Below are positions 10,148 to 20,090 of a stretch of 64,000 nt of DNA, piece after piece. The translations under genes and the position numbers were made by a program. The stretch is from Candidatus Hydrogenedens sp. (lineage in GTDB: Bacteria; Hydrogenedentota; Hydrogenedentia; Hydrogenedentales; Hydrogenedentaceae). Each line of letters begins with the position of its first letter. The stretch's first letter is position 1. The stretch lies in NCBI GenBank assembly GCA_049968235.1, contig JBMFRC010000013.1:1-64000 (forward strand), given 5' to 3'. The notes below the pieces were generated by a model. That model saw nothing but the letters and a program-made list of their open reading frames with translations, was not told where the DNA came from and searched no databases.

Positions 10148-10283
10148 AGTAATTTCTCCTTACATTCAATTAACATAGATAACAAGGTCTGATAATAATT
10201 CATTCCTGAATTTATTTTCTGCACAGAATTTGGTAATATACATCATATATATTTATATTAAAAAAAATAAAAAGGTGCTCATT

Positions 10284-11135
10284 ATGGCTGAATGGAAACC
10301 GATGCAAATTGTAGAAAAGATTTCTACACTACCTACATTACCAACTACAGTATCCGCAATACTCAAAGAGATGGCAAATCCGGATAGTTCTGCCATCGGG
10401 CTTGCCAAATTAATTAGTTCTGACCAGAGTTTGGCTGGAGGGATTCTTCGTGTGGTTAACTCTGCTTATTATAATTTCCCACGAAAAATAGGTAGTCTAA
10501 CGGATGCTATTGTATTATTAGGTTATAAAGGTGTCCGTAGTATTGTTTTATCTGTAACAGCCTTTCGTTTCTTTTCCAATTCTTTCGACTACCTCGATAG
10601 AAAAAAATTATGGAATCATGCCCTTGCCTGTGCAATTATTTCCGATTTGTTAAATCGGAAATTAAAAGTGGCAGAAAACAATGCTTTTGAAGCAGGTCTG
10701 CTTCATGATATTGGGAAGGTTGTTTTTGATTATCTTGACCCGGAATTGTTTCGGGGTGCAATTAAAGAAGCAAAACGGAAAGAACTCCCGTTAATATCTG
10801 TAGAACCATCTCATTTTGGGACAGACCATTCCGAAGTAGGCTCCTTATTGGCAAATCATTGGAATTTGCCTGAAAACATTGTACAGGCAATTCGTTTTCA
10901 TCATCATCCTGAAAAATCCACTCCGGAATTCTTACCCGTAACATGTTTGGTGGCTTTATCCAATGCAATTACATACGCATTAGAAATGGGTGATTCTGTT
11001 AGTGAAACTATGCCCGAATTACCTCCAATAGTGTTTGAAACTTTAAAAATAGAAGAAACTTTTATAGAAGAGTCCCATGAAGAGGTAAGTCAAAGAGTAG
11101 AAACAGGGCTGGAAGCATTTGCTTCTATTAGTTGA
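10284..11135 (+). CDS. HDOD domain signalling protein
   Basis: LPTLPTTVSAILKEMANPDSSAIGLAKLISSDQSLAGGILRVVNSAYY and downstream HD-like histidines (HDIGKVV, FHHHPE) match HDOD. The likely true start is the ATG at 10284 with an RBS aaaggtg; the track start at 10230 is an AT-rich extension. Confidence 0.7.
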   Translation: MAEWKPMQIVEKISTLPTLPTTVSAILKEMANPDSSAIGLAKLISSDQSLAGGILRVVNSAYYNFPRKIGSLTDAIVLLGYKGVRSIVLSVTAFRFFSNSFDYLDRKKLWNHALACAIISDLLNRKLKVAENNAFEAGLLHDIGKVVFDYLDPELFRGAIKEAKRKELPLISVEPSHFGTDHSEVGSLLANHWNLPENIVQAIRFHHHPEKSTPEFLPVTCLVALSNAITYALEMGDSVSETMPELPPIVFETLKIEETFIEESHEEVSQRVETGLEAFASIS

Positions 11136-11266
11136 TTCATAGCCTGATAGAAAAATATCTCTTCATTTTGATATAATAAAAACATCATATAAAAAAATTC
11201 TTCAATTGGGAATATTTAGATAAGATAGGATGTTTTGTTTTAAAATCGAATAAAGGAGTTCAAAAC

Positions 11267-11446
11267 ATGCCAGCAATAGTTGACCCGGAAAAATGCACCG
11301 GTTGTGGAAGTTGTGTAGATGTATGCCCTACAGAGGCTATTCATTTAAATGATGACGGTAAAGCAGTCGTTGACCCCGATAAATGTGGCGATTGCGGTGC
11401 CTGTGTAGATGAATGCCCTTCTGAAGCCATTACATTACCTGAATAA
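11267..11446 (+). CDS. 2[4Fe-4S] ferredoxin (59 aa, below the ORF-track length cutoff)
   Basis: I translated this by hand: MPAIVDPEKCTGCGSCVDVCPTEAIHLNDDGKAVVDPDKCGDCGACVDECPSEAITLPE. It has two CxxCxxCxxxCP motifs and an RBS aaaggag upstream. Confidence 0.8.
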   Translation: MPAIVDPEKCTGCGSCVDVCPTEAIHLNDDGKAVVDPDKCGDCGACVDECPSEAITLPE

Positions 11447-11493
11447 TAATTCTTTTCTATTTATAAATTACTTGTAACTAAAAAGAAAAACAA

Positions 11494-12423
11494 ATGAATC
11501 ATGTCTTCGGACCTGTCTATTCCCGAAGATTAAGTAAATCGTTGGGAATAGACTTGGTTCCATTTAAAACTTGCACTCAAGACTGTGTATATTGCCAGTT
11601 AGGTCCAACGACCTGTAAATTGTTGGAACGGGCCTCTTTTTATAATGTTGGAGAAGTAATCAGCGAATTAAGATTGAAACTGGAAACGGTTTCTCCCAAT
11701 TTTATAACTATAGCAGGTTCAGGTGAGCCTACTTTATGTAAGGAATTAGGAACGGTAATTTCAGAAATAAAAAAAATTACTCCTATTCCTTTGGCTGTCC
11801 TCACAAATGGTTCATTGCTATATCAATCGGATGTTCGAAAAGATTTAATTCAAGCAGATATTGTTTGCCCTTCGTTAGATGCAGGGGATGACTATACTTT
11901 CCAGAAAGTCAACCGACCTATTCCTACCATTGATTTTGAAACTTTTTTGAATGGATTAATTCAATTTCGTAGTGAATATTCAGGAAAGATATGGCTGGAA
12001 GTATTATTAGTAAGAGGGATTACGGATACACAGGAAGAGGTTATTAAAATTGCTCAGTGCTCTACCCAGATAAATCCTGACCGCATCCATTTAAATACAG
12101 TAACCCGTCCTCCCGCGGATGCTTCTATAACAGGTTTAACCCCTTCCGAACTGGATAAGTTTGCATCGTTATTTACTCCAACGGCAGAAGTAATAGCAGA
12201 ATATCCAACGGTTGCCGAAGTTATATCTTCACTAAAAAACATACAGCAGGAAGATATTTTAAATGTAATCCAGAGACATCCTTGTTCTTTACCAGAATTA
12301 TCCTTTGCCCTGGATGCTTCAGAGGAAATGATAAAACCGGTATTAAAAGATTTAATACAACAAGGAAAGGTAGAAGTTTTTAATATTCGGGGGAGAGAAT
12401 TATTTCGTTATAGAAACAAATAA
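11494..12423 (+). CDS. Radical SAM protein with a C-terminal winged-helix-like tail; function unknown
   Basis: The N-terminal CTQDCVYCQ is a CxxxCxxC radical-SAM cluster motif. GSGEPTL is a SAM-binding-like motif. It lies adjacent to the ferredoxin. Confidence 0.7.
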   Translation: MNHVFGPVYSRRLSKSLGIDLVPFKTCTQDCVYCQLGPTTCKLLERASFYNVGEVISELRLKLETVSPNFITIAGSGEPTLCKELGTVISEIKKITPIPLAVLTNGSLLYQSDVRKDLIQADIVCPSLDAGDDYTFQKVNRPIPTIDFETFLNGLIQFRSEYSGKIWLEVLLVRGITDTQEEVIKIAQCSTQINPDRIHLNTVTRPPADASITGLTPSELDKFASLFTPTAEVIAEYPTVAEVISSLKNIQQEDILNVIQRHPCSLPELSFALDASEEMIKPVLKDLIQQGKVEVFNIRGRELFRYRNK

Positions 12424-12479
12424 ACTAACCCACTAAAGTGACGGTTTATATGTATTTCAAGAATTATTTTTACCGTGGA

Positions 12480-13424
12480 TTACTCTACCACAAAAATATA
12501 GGGTCCCCAACTATTGGCTTCATCTGCTTTGGGTAATTTATTTGTTGCGTGAATCTTTACACCCGGTCTCACTTCTACATCGTATTCAAGACCCGCTTCA
12601 CCTTTACGCCTCGCTTCAAAATGGAAATCCAATTGCCCATTATCATTCAAATCACGCGTGGCTAAGAAATAAGTCCGTAGCGCAAGAATGTGATATACAT
12701 TCCTCGGAGGTTCTGTCCCTAAGGGTTCCGGAACAACACCTGCGGTTGAGCCTCCTGGTCCTACACTAATAAGGACATACGCATCGTAAACCGAAGCAGG
12801 AAAGGTAATATCGCTTATCATCGGATGCGTCGGGTCCCAGGACTCTGCATAAAAGAAGCCATTCTCAATCCAATAACGGCGGGCTTTTTGAAATTGCCGT
12901 TTGTTCACAGGAGCATATACAAATGGCCGATTTTCCATATCTCTTAAGCGAGTTAACTCTCCGCCGGGATTGTTGTTCCCACGATACAATTCATCCGGAA
13001 AAGTATAAACACCAGTCGCCTGACTTTTTATCCCTATAGGTAAAAATTCCATAAGACCAATTCGACCATCACGATTGGTATCAAAACCATCGGAGAACTC
13101 ATCCAGATACTTACGGTCCCCATGAACTTTCACGAGAGCGGTATAAGGTCGTAGCATAAATAATTGTTCATCAGATATTTGCCCTACCTGATAATCTTTT
13201 GAGTCCCATTTCACAAAACCATAGCCCGGGGGATAAGTATTGTTGTCTGTAAAGTAAGATGTCATTGCTGTGCGAAATTGTAAAAATGTATTATCCATCC
13301 GCCGTAATTTAGCTCTTTCCCGAACCCGGGGCAAAATTGCAAAAGTAAATCCTGCGAGAATCGCAATTATTGCTATTACCGTGAGTAATTCAATAAGTGT
13401 AAAACCTTTTATCCTCTTTTTCAT
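12480..13424 (-). CDS. Prepilin-type N-terminal cleavage/methylation domain protein with a DUF1559-like body
   Basis: The N-terminus MKKRIKGFTLIELLTVIAIIAILAG is a class III signal / N-methylation motif (G-FTLIELL). The following domain resembles DUF1559 of the PVC superphylum. Confidence 0.7.
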   Translation of the reverse strand: MKKRIKGFTLIELLTVIAIIAILAGFTFAILPRVRERAKLRRMDNTFLQFRTAMTSYFTDNNTYPPGYGFVKWDSKDYQVGQISDEQLFMLRPYTALVKVHGDRKYLDEFSDGFDTNRDGRIGLMEFLPIGIKSQATGVYTFPDELYRGNNNPGGELTRLRDMENRPFVYAPVNKRQFQKARRYWIENGFFYAESWDPTHPMISDITFPASVYDAYVLISVGPGGSTAGVVPEPLGTEPPRNVYHILALRTYFLATRDLNDNGQLDFHFEARRKGEAGLEYDVEVRPGVKIHATNKLPKADEANSWGPYIFVVE

Positions 13425-13610
13425 AAATTAGTCCTTTTTCTTTCGGGCGTGCGGATTGCTTTAATATTTTCCTATTACATAATAACATAAAAAGGGAATA
13501 ATTGGGCAACTTGTTTCGTTCTATTCAGAAAATTTTTTATATAATCAAATAAATGATATAATATAATTCACACATATTTATAAATTAAACTTTAACATAA
13601 GGAGTAAATC

Positions 13611-13892
13611 ATGGGAGCAAAATACTCTGTTGAACACATTTTTGAACAGGCGGCAAAATTTGTCGTAAAACAAAAAGGTGAATGGGAACATAATGACTGG
13701 GAAAATTTCTTAGGAAAGGTTTCCGAATACCAGATTGAATTACATGATGAATTAATTGTAAAGTTGGGTACTCTTTTAGAATTGGGCAAATATTTTTATT
13801 TCAATTTACCCGAAAGTGTAGAGAAAAAACAAAAAAAAACAAAAAAAAGCACGACAAAGAAAATAAAAGAAGAAACAGTGATTGAAGAGTAA
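13611..13892 (+). CDS. Hypothetical small protein with a Lys-rich C-terminal tail
   Basis: A good RBS aaggag lies 7 nt upstream. There is no recognisable domain. The KKQKKTKKSTTKKIKEE tail is encoded by A9 and A8 homopolymer tracts. Confidence 0.4.
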   Translation: MGAKYSVEHIFEQAAKFVVKQKGEWEHNDWENFLGKVSEYQIELHDELIVKLGTLLELGKYFYFNLPESVEKKQKKTKKSTTKKIKEETVIEE

Positions 13893-14040
13893 AATCTTAA
13901 TTTCATCAAACACACTTAAAAATTTCTTTTGTAGATGTTGCTCTATAAAAGGGTATTTGTTTCAAGTTTTAATTTTATATCCGGATGTATTTTTTTTCAT
14001 ATATTCTATTCATCTCCTTTATTTGAGATGGATAACTGTT

Positions 14041-15477
14041 TTATTCTTCTACCACAGTTATCTGTATTCTACCGACGAGGGGTATTAATTTTATTTGTTC
14101 GATAATATCACCCTCTCCAATTTTGATATGAGTTACATCTACCTGTGGTTGATTGAATGTTGGGTCAACATCAATCCACTTGCCTATCCATACTTTTGCC
14201 CATTGATGGAAATAAAAACCGGGCTTGGGTGAATCGACATAAATTAAACCAGCCACTTCGCGTGCAGGAATCCCTAAGGCACGGGTCAGACCCACAAAAA
14301 GTAGACTGTGTTCTGTGCAATCCCCTTCGCGATGTTTCAGGACATCCAGAGCATTGGTCAATTGTGCGGAATAAGAGGTCTTCATATTCTCTTTGACCCA
14401 AACACATATTTTTTGAACTGCTTCCCATGTATCCGTCGTATCCCCGATAATTTCCTTTGCAGTTTTTATCATATCCGGATGGTCACTTTGCACAAAACTA
14501 CTCGGTTCTGCCCAACGTTTTACCTCATCATCCTTTATGGGAAATGTCAGTTTGGGTATGGATTCTATGTTTAATTTCGTAGCGGTAAAGATAAATTTTT
14601 CTCCTTCGGCAGTTATTTGTTGTCGTTCATCGCAAAACAAGTGATTTTCTTTTAAGGGACCGTTCAATATTAATTTCAAGTGTTCGCGTTCACGGGGATT
14701 TTTGATAGGTTTGTCCACTATTGCAGCATTGGAGACCAGCACATCATTACTATAATTGATATCCTGTGCCACTTCTTTAGGTTCTAACCGCATAGTAAAA
14801 ATTTCACCTGCGATATCTTCCAATACCAGACCCTCTTCCGTAACATACGATGTCTGTTCCAGATTCAAAATATTTACTTTTGTCTGGATTTTGTATAATT
14901 TCGTTGTTACACCATTAAATAGCCGTTCTTCGGTTCCTATAATCGTGGAAATACAGGTAAGTTCCTGTTCATACAACGGCTCAAAAAGGAAAGAAACCAA
15001 TTCATCCCCTACTTTCGGTTTTTGAGCCATCCATAACTGGAATTTCAAAGTATCCTTCAATTTTTCTTGAGGTATGGGGAAATAGCGTTCTATGCTTTGT
15101 CCTGCCATCTTTTTTACTAATTTCAATTGATTGTCCTGCACTTGAGCATGAAATTCAGTCGTCGAAAGCAAGTCCACCAATGTATAGTCAATAGAAATGA
15201 GTTCTCCTGTATGTGTGTATGTTCGAACCGAACTCACTTTCATTTCCTGTTTCACTCCGCTCATATTCATACGGAAAGTCCCCTCTTCTGTGAAATAAAC
15301 ATGCCCCCCTTCACCTAAGGATAGTACCTGTTGCATAAATCCTACCTTCCCTTTATTCAGATACAATCCAAACCATCTTTCTCCTACAAATCGTGATGGG
15401 TCTATATTGTCCTGTGCCATAGCACCTGCACATAATAAAATCAATACAGTTTGCAATATTGATAATCTTGTATCCAT
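14041..15477 (-). CDS. Secreted transglutaminase-like cysteine protease domain protein
   Basis: There is a signal peptide. The C-terminal region GDCTEHSLLFVGLTRALGIPAREVAG ... YFHQWAKVW matches the transglutaminase-like core Cys/His pattern. Confidence 0.65.
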   Translation of the reverse strand: MDTRLSILQTVLILLCAGAMAQDNIDPSRFVGERWFGLYLNKGKVGFMQQVLSLGEGGHVYFTEEGTFRMNMSGVKQEMKVSSVRTYTHTGELISIDYTLVDLLSTTEFHAQVQDNQLKLVKKMAGQSIERYFPIPQEKLKDTLKFQLWMAQKPKVGDELVSFLFEPLYEQELTCISTIIGTEERLFNGVTTKLYKIQTKVNILNLEQTSYVTEEGLVLEDIAGEIFTMRLEPKEVAQDINYSNDVLVSNAAIVDKPIKNPREREHLKLILNGPLKENHLFCDERQQITAEGEKFIFTATKLNIESIPKLTFPIKDDEVKRWAEPSSFVQSDHPDMIKTAKEIIGDTTDTWEAVQKICVWVKENMKTSYSAQLTNALDVLKHREGDCTEHSLLFVGLTRALGIPAREVAGLIYVDSPKPGFYFHQWAKVWIGKWIDVDPTFNQPQVDVTHIKIGEGDIIEQIKLIPLVGRIQITVVEE

Positions 15478-15504
15478 GGGTTTCCTTTTCTTTTTTGAGT
15501 TTGC

Positions 15505-16977
15505 CTATTTATTTAGACCGGTGATTTTCATTAAACGGACAAATAAATATTCAAAGGGAATGAGTTTAAAATAATAGGATATTATAAATAAAACGAGAAT
15601 GAACGCGAAATTGATAGCAAGCGAACTCGGGTAAAAAACATATAACAAAAGATAGCACAGAAAAAAGCACTGAGGGAGTAATACTTTTCCCCAATCAAAT
15701 AGAATACAGGTTTTCCTTACCCAGATGGTTTGCATCAGATATGAGAAAAAGAAACTCACCAGCGAAGCCCATCCTGCCCCGACCATACCTATATAAGGTA
15801 TTAATAAGAAATTCAGCCCTAAGTTAATACCTACGGTCCCTATATTCGTTATTGTAACTACATAGGGACGGTTCGTGGCGATAAGTGTTTGCCCAGAGAT
15901 ACCAGATAACACCGCAAACACAATCCCTGCTAATAATGGGACCAATATGGTGGTGATGTCCATATACTCTTTAGAAAATAAAAACAAGATAATGTATTTT
16001 TGAATAAAAGGTAAGAATAAAATACCTAAGAAACTTAATATAGCAATAACATTTTGCGATTGGATAAAAAACTTTACTGCCTCTTTTTCTTGTTTCGTAG
16101 CAAACAATTCTGAAATATGTGGGAGATAGGGCAAAAGCAGTGAATTTAACATACGCGAAGCAATATGACAGAGCCTTTTTGCCATTTCATAAACCGCAAC
16201 TTGAACAGGACTGCCCGTTAAAAATAATAGGACTACTGTATCAAAACGTTGAACCAGATAATTAAGAATCGTATTCACCCATAGCACCCAGCTAAATTTT
16301 ATTGCAGATGTAATTTGGGCTATATCCAATCGGAATGAGCGTCCTGATGGTAGAGACCACCATAATAAGATAACCGTCAAAAGATAACTTATAATATATG
16401 CAAAGGATAGTGGGACAATTTTCCCCTTTAAAACAATCAGAACAATAACTGAAAAAATAACCTGTAATACGGACGCAATCGCAACGCCTATTGCTCTTTT
16501 CCCAAAAACCTGAAAACCGGAGAGGTTTGCAAGTAGAACATCCCTTAACAAGCCTGCAATAAATAGGAATGGCACTATCCAGAAATAAGCGAGCATAAGA
16601 GATGTGTGGGAAAAACCCTCCTGAAAGGAAGTAATTCCGTAGAATATTCCCCAGAGAATAAGTGTAATCAAGGATATTACGATGGAATTTAATAAGGAAA
16701 AAGTAAACAATGAAGACGATAAATTCCCCTTTAATTCATCGGAGGCTCCACCAATAAGTTTCGGGATAGATACCTGCAAACCATAACCGAAAAATAAGAC
16801 AAATCCGTCGGACCAGACCAGTAGTAACGAAAAAACCGCTACCTCTTCTTTGTTCAGGGAAATTGCAAACAGTTTGCCAACAATTAACAGGGCTATGAGA
16901 TTAATAACTGTACTTAACCATGACCAGAATGCCCCCTCTAATACACCTGATTTCTTTGTCTGTAAAGTATTGTTCAT
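15505..16977 (-). CDS. Polysaccharide biosynthesis flippase (Wzx / MOP superfamily)
   Basis: 490 aa with about 12-14 TM helices and the typical Wzx-like organisation. It lies adjacent to a PCP gene. Confidence 0.65.
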   Translation of the reverse strand: MNNTLQTKKSGVLEGAFWSWLSTVINLIALLIVGKLFAISLNKEEVAVFSLLLVWSDGFVLFFGYGLQVSIPKLIGGASDELKGNLSSSLFTFSLLNSIVISLITLILWGIFYGITSFQEGFSHTSLMLAYFWIVPFLFIAGLLRDVLLANLSGFQVFGKRAIGVAIASVLQVIFSVIVLIVLKGKIVPLSFAYIISYLLTVILLWWSLPSGRSFRLDIAQITSAIKFSWVLWVNTILNYLVQRFDTVVLLFLTGSPVQVAVYEMAKRLCHIASRMLNSLLLPYLPHISELFATKQEKEAVKFFIQSQNVIAILSFLGILFLPFIQKYIILFLFSKEYMDITTILVPLLAGIVFAVLSGISGQTLIATNRPYVVTITNIGTVGINLGLNFLLIPYIGMVGAGWASLVSFFFSYLMQTIWVRKTCILFDWGKVLLPQCFFLCYLLLYVFYPSSLAINFAFILVLFIISYYFKLIPFEYLFVRLMKITGLNK

Positions 16978-17005
16978 GAACCCAAATTCATTGGTTAATT
17001 TTCAT

Positions 17006-18226
17006 CTACTCCATTTTCGATTCGGTTTCAGAAAGGTAATGTAAGTCCCTTTCAAACTTATTAAGATAATAATTGGCTACAAGAAGTCCAATATATATTG
17101 TTGGCACTGCAACAAATGTTAGAATCATAACAGATAAAATATAAAGAGTCCGGGGGGGACCTGCCTTTTGACGCGGGGTTAATGCTTTGGAGGCAATTCG
17201 TAATTCACTCTGGGATTTCTCAAGATTTGCCAATGAATTCTGGTAAGTTATTTTAAGATTTTCAACGATTTGCCTTAATTGTATCTGTTCATCTTCTAAT
17301 GTTTGTTTTTCACGCTTTTTCTCTGCATAAACTTGTCTCAGATGTGTAATATCCTGTTCTAAATCTGCAATCTGTTTTTGCAGGGCTTCTTTTTGACTGG
17401 TTTTTAAGATTTGTTCCTTTTTATATTGTTCTATGTCCGTAGTAGGAGTATTTTCTGTTCCAGGTATGGGGGTTCTATCGGTGTTCCCTTTTACATTTAA
17501 TTCTATCTCTTTGGCTAATTGCTCAATTTCCAAATTCAAGTTTGTCTGCTGTATCTTGAATGATGTAATTTGATTCTCCAATTCCTGAATTCGCATTTCC
17601 ATTCCGGGTAAATAATATCCTGCTTCTAATTGTTCCAACGCTTTTCTACAATTCGCAAGTTCAGATTTTTTCTCGTTTAGTGTTTTTTCAAGATAGGCAA
17701 TACCATCTTTTAATGGTTCCTGACGGAGGCTTTCAATCTTTGACATTCCCAAATCAGCCCAATAATTACAGACATCTGCGGATAGTTCTGGGTTCTTAGA
17801 GGTAAATTGCAATTGGATTATCCGTTGATATTGAATCTGGTTCGTCCCTTGAAAAAAGATTTTTGATTTTATGGACATAGATTTCCGCAATTTGGTCCTA
17901 CTTAACTTTACATCTTTATATTCTTCCTTTTGTAAAAGATAAAGAAGAACCTGTTCAATGATTTCATCCGAGTTGTATATCTGTTCATAATCCGGCATAG
18001 GAAAAGTAGGAATATCATTTAAAGTAAGGAAACTTACACGGTAAGGAGTATCTTCCCTACCATCTAAAATACTGGGAATGTAATCGCGTACATTCAATGG
18101 TACAGGCGTCATCACCAGCAGTGTAATCGCAGTATAGTAGTCGTCCATCATAAATGTAAATCCTGCAGCGAAAATTCCAACAATCAATGTAGCACCAATA
18201 GTAATTAAAATAATTTTTCGTATCAT
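17006..18226 (-). CDS. Polysaccharide co-polymerase (Wzz/GumC-like chain-length determinant)
   Basis: An N-terminal TM and a C-terminal TM flank a long coiled-coil periplasmic region. It is in a cluster context with the flippase. Confidence 0.5.
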   Translation of the reverse strand: MIRKIILITIGATLIVGIFAAGFTFMMDDYYTAITLLVMTPVPLNVRDYIPSILDGREDTPYRVSFLTLNDIPTFPMPDYEQIYNSDEIIEQVLLYLLQKEEYKDVKLSRTKLRKSMSIKSKIFFQGTNQIQYQRIIQLQFTSKNPELSADVCNYWADLGMSKIESLRQEPLKDGIAYLEKTLNEKKSELANCRKALEQLEAGYYLPGMEMRIQELENQITSFKIQQTNLNLEIEQLAKEIELNVKGNTDRTPIPGTENTPTTDIEQYKKEQILKTSQKEALQKQIADLEQDITHLRQVYAEKKREKQTLEDEQIQLRQIVENLKITYQNSLANLEKSQSELRIASKALTPRQKAGPPRTLYILSVMILTFVAVPTIYIGLLVANYYLNKFERDLHYLSETESKME

Positions 18227-18565
18227 GGCTTTCCCTTAAAAATAAATTGTAAATTTAAAAATACACAGGTAGAATTATAAGTTAAACTGCATAAAATTAC
18301 AAAATAAATGACTTCAGATAAAATCCGAGTATATCTCTTTCACTGAAGTTGTAAAATAGGAAACTCCCCATATGTTGTGTATTATAGATACTTCTGCTTC
18401 ATGAACATAAAATAAATGTGCAATATCCTCACAAATACCGATATTAATAAATTTAGGAGGGGAAATTAATATTTTTATACCTACATATATTTTTATTATA
18501 ATATTACCTGTGAATGTATCTTCATAAAAGTTTTTTCCATTGATGTAATTAGAGGCTGGATATAT

Positions 18566-19069
18566 ATGACATTTACAGAATTTTACAATCTTATTTACGG
18601 TCATTTTGAGGATAATTGGAAAATCTATGCTATTATCCTTGCCTTTATGATACCAACTATCATTATTACTCGAAAATGGTCTCTTCCTGTAATTTTCTAT
18701 ACGATAGAGACCACAATTTACCTTGTTTTTATGCATATCATCGTCCATGTATTTGTTATTGTGGTTGTCTGGTTTAAAGTTAACACCAGTATGAGAGCCC
18801 TCCGTGAAGATGGTACCCCTGCTGAAGTCCCTGATTGGGCAACCCCCCTTTATGATTTCTGGAATTTAGAAGCATATATCCCCAAGTGGATTTCCTATGT
18901 GGAAATTGCCTTTGCAGTAACTATTATTTTGCTTGTTATCTGGTTACGTCCACCTGTCCTAGGTCCCGTCAGGTCAAAAAGAGCAAAAAGAAGGATGAAA
19001 GAACAATCCGCTGTCCGCGAAGAAATGGAAAAGAAGAAAGCCCGTTATATGGATGACATTATGCCATAA
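18566..19069 (+). CDS. Hypothetical membrane protein
   Basis: It has three predicted TM helices and a basic C-terminus. I prefer it over the overlapping antisense ORF 18314..18748, which has low-complexity composition and no RBS. Confidence 0.35.
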   Translation: MTFTEFYNLIYGHFEDNWKIYAIILAFMIPTIIITRKWSLPVIFYTIETTIYLVFMHIIVHVFVIVVVWFKVNTSMRALREDGTPAEVPDWATPLYDFWNLEAYIPKWISYVEIAFAVTIILLVIWLRPPVLGPVRSKRAKRRMKEQSAVREEMEKKKARYMDDIMP

Positions 19070-19215
19070 CCAGACAAACCAACCTTTGTAGCATTATTCG
19101 CATATTACCTTATCGCTTTATTTCTCTGTTATTGATTTTTGCTGGTGGACAAATTTATAATTAAGATATCACCATAAATAAAAACGAAGTTGAAGGGTTC
19201 TTTTTAAATTAAGAT

Positions 19216-19692
19216 ATGAATTCAGAAATTAAGAAAATTGAAGATAAAATATGGTCTTTAATAAACGAAAGTCATTCGGAAAAGGTATCCAAAACGGTTA
19301 TTCGGCGGAAATTGAGCCGGCAGGGATATAAACTTTCGGATATTGAAAGTGCTATAAACCGAGTTTGGGAAAAACGGAAGGGAGCAAAAGTAAAAAGGAT
19401 AAGTAACATGAATTTACCCAGATTAGTTCCAACGACCTTTTATCTCCCCGATAATGACCAATTAAAGTTAACGGATGAAGCATACTGTGCATTACAGAGG
19501 TTGCACTATTACCAGATGCTATCACCGATAGATAGAATTATACTTCTTGAGCAGATAGATAATGTTCGTGGAAGAATAGATTTAGAAAAATTGGTAGAGA
19601 TTATCGAAACAGTCCTTGCTGAACGCTATCCTGTTGAAAATTTGAAAATTATAATTGCTGTGGCGGTTGGAGATAATTCCATTTTCATGTAA
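19216..19692 (+). CDS. Hypothetical protein
   Basis: A clean 158-aa ORF with no recognised domain. Confidence 0.4.
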   Translation: MNSEIKKIEDKIWSLINESHSEKVSKTVIRRKLSRQGYKLSDIESAINRVWEKRKGAKVKRISNMNLPRLVPTTFYLPDNDQLKLTDEAYCALQRLHYYQMLSPIDRIILLEQIDNVRGRIDLEKLVEIIETVLAERYPVENLKIIIAVAVGDNSIFM

Positions 19693-20012
19693 TTTTAACC
19701 TCTTTATCAAATCATTTGACCCCCTCTATATTCTCCCATCTGTTTAAATAAATAATGAAATATCTGAACAATTCGTGTAAGAGGTTAGGTTATAAGTTAA
19801 CATGTTTTTACGAGATAAAATCCCGATGAGAAATCAAAATACAAAGGTCTGTATCTTTACTTGTATCCATTTTATTTTTTATTTTCTGTCAGTTCTTCTA
19901 TCTTTTTATTACCTATGCATAGTTCCCCTCTTACTCCCTTAATCCCCCATACATCCGTTTCAAATTATATGCAGTCATTAGCAAGAAATGATATACTCCT
20001 CTCTCTATGCAC

Positions 20013-20090
20013 CTCCGTGCCCTCCGTGGTGAAAAAAAATAAAAATATCTCCGTGCCTCTCCGTGGTGAGAAAAAAATACTTCACCACAG
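20013..20090. repeat. Two tandem copies of a roughly 36-bp unit CTCCGTGCC(C/T)CTCCGTGGTGA(G)A7-8, followed by an inverted partner TCACCACAG
   Basis: Read directly from the sequence: ctccgtgccctccgtggtgaaaaaaaa ... ctccgtgcctctccgtggtgagaaaaaaatacttcaccacag. It lies in a 560-bp gap between convergent genes. Confidence 0.5.

Noticed and set aside
18314-18748. 144-aa minus-strand ORF overlapping the 18566..19069 plus-strand ORF
   Set aside because: It has low-complexity AT-rich codons and no RBS. The plus-strand ORF has clear TM helices and a weak RBS. Only one of the two can be real.
20013-20090. Possibility of a CRISPR array
   Set aside because: There are only two repeat units and they are directly abutting, with no unique spacers. 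Unit length and the A-tract are unlike CRISPR repeats. No cas genes are in the window.
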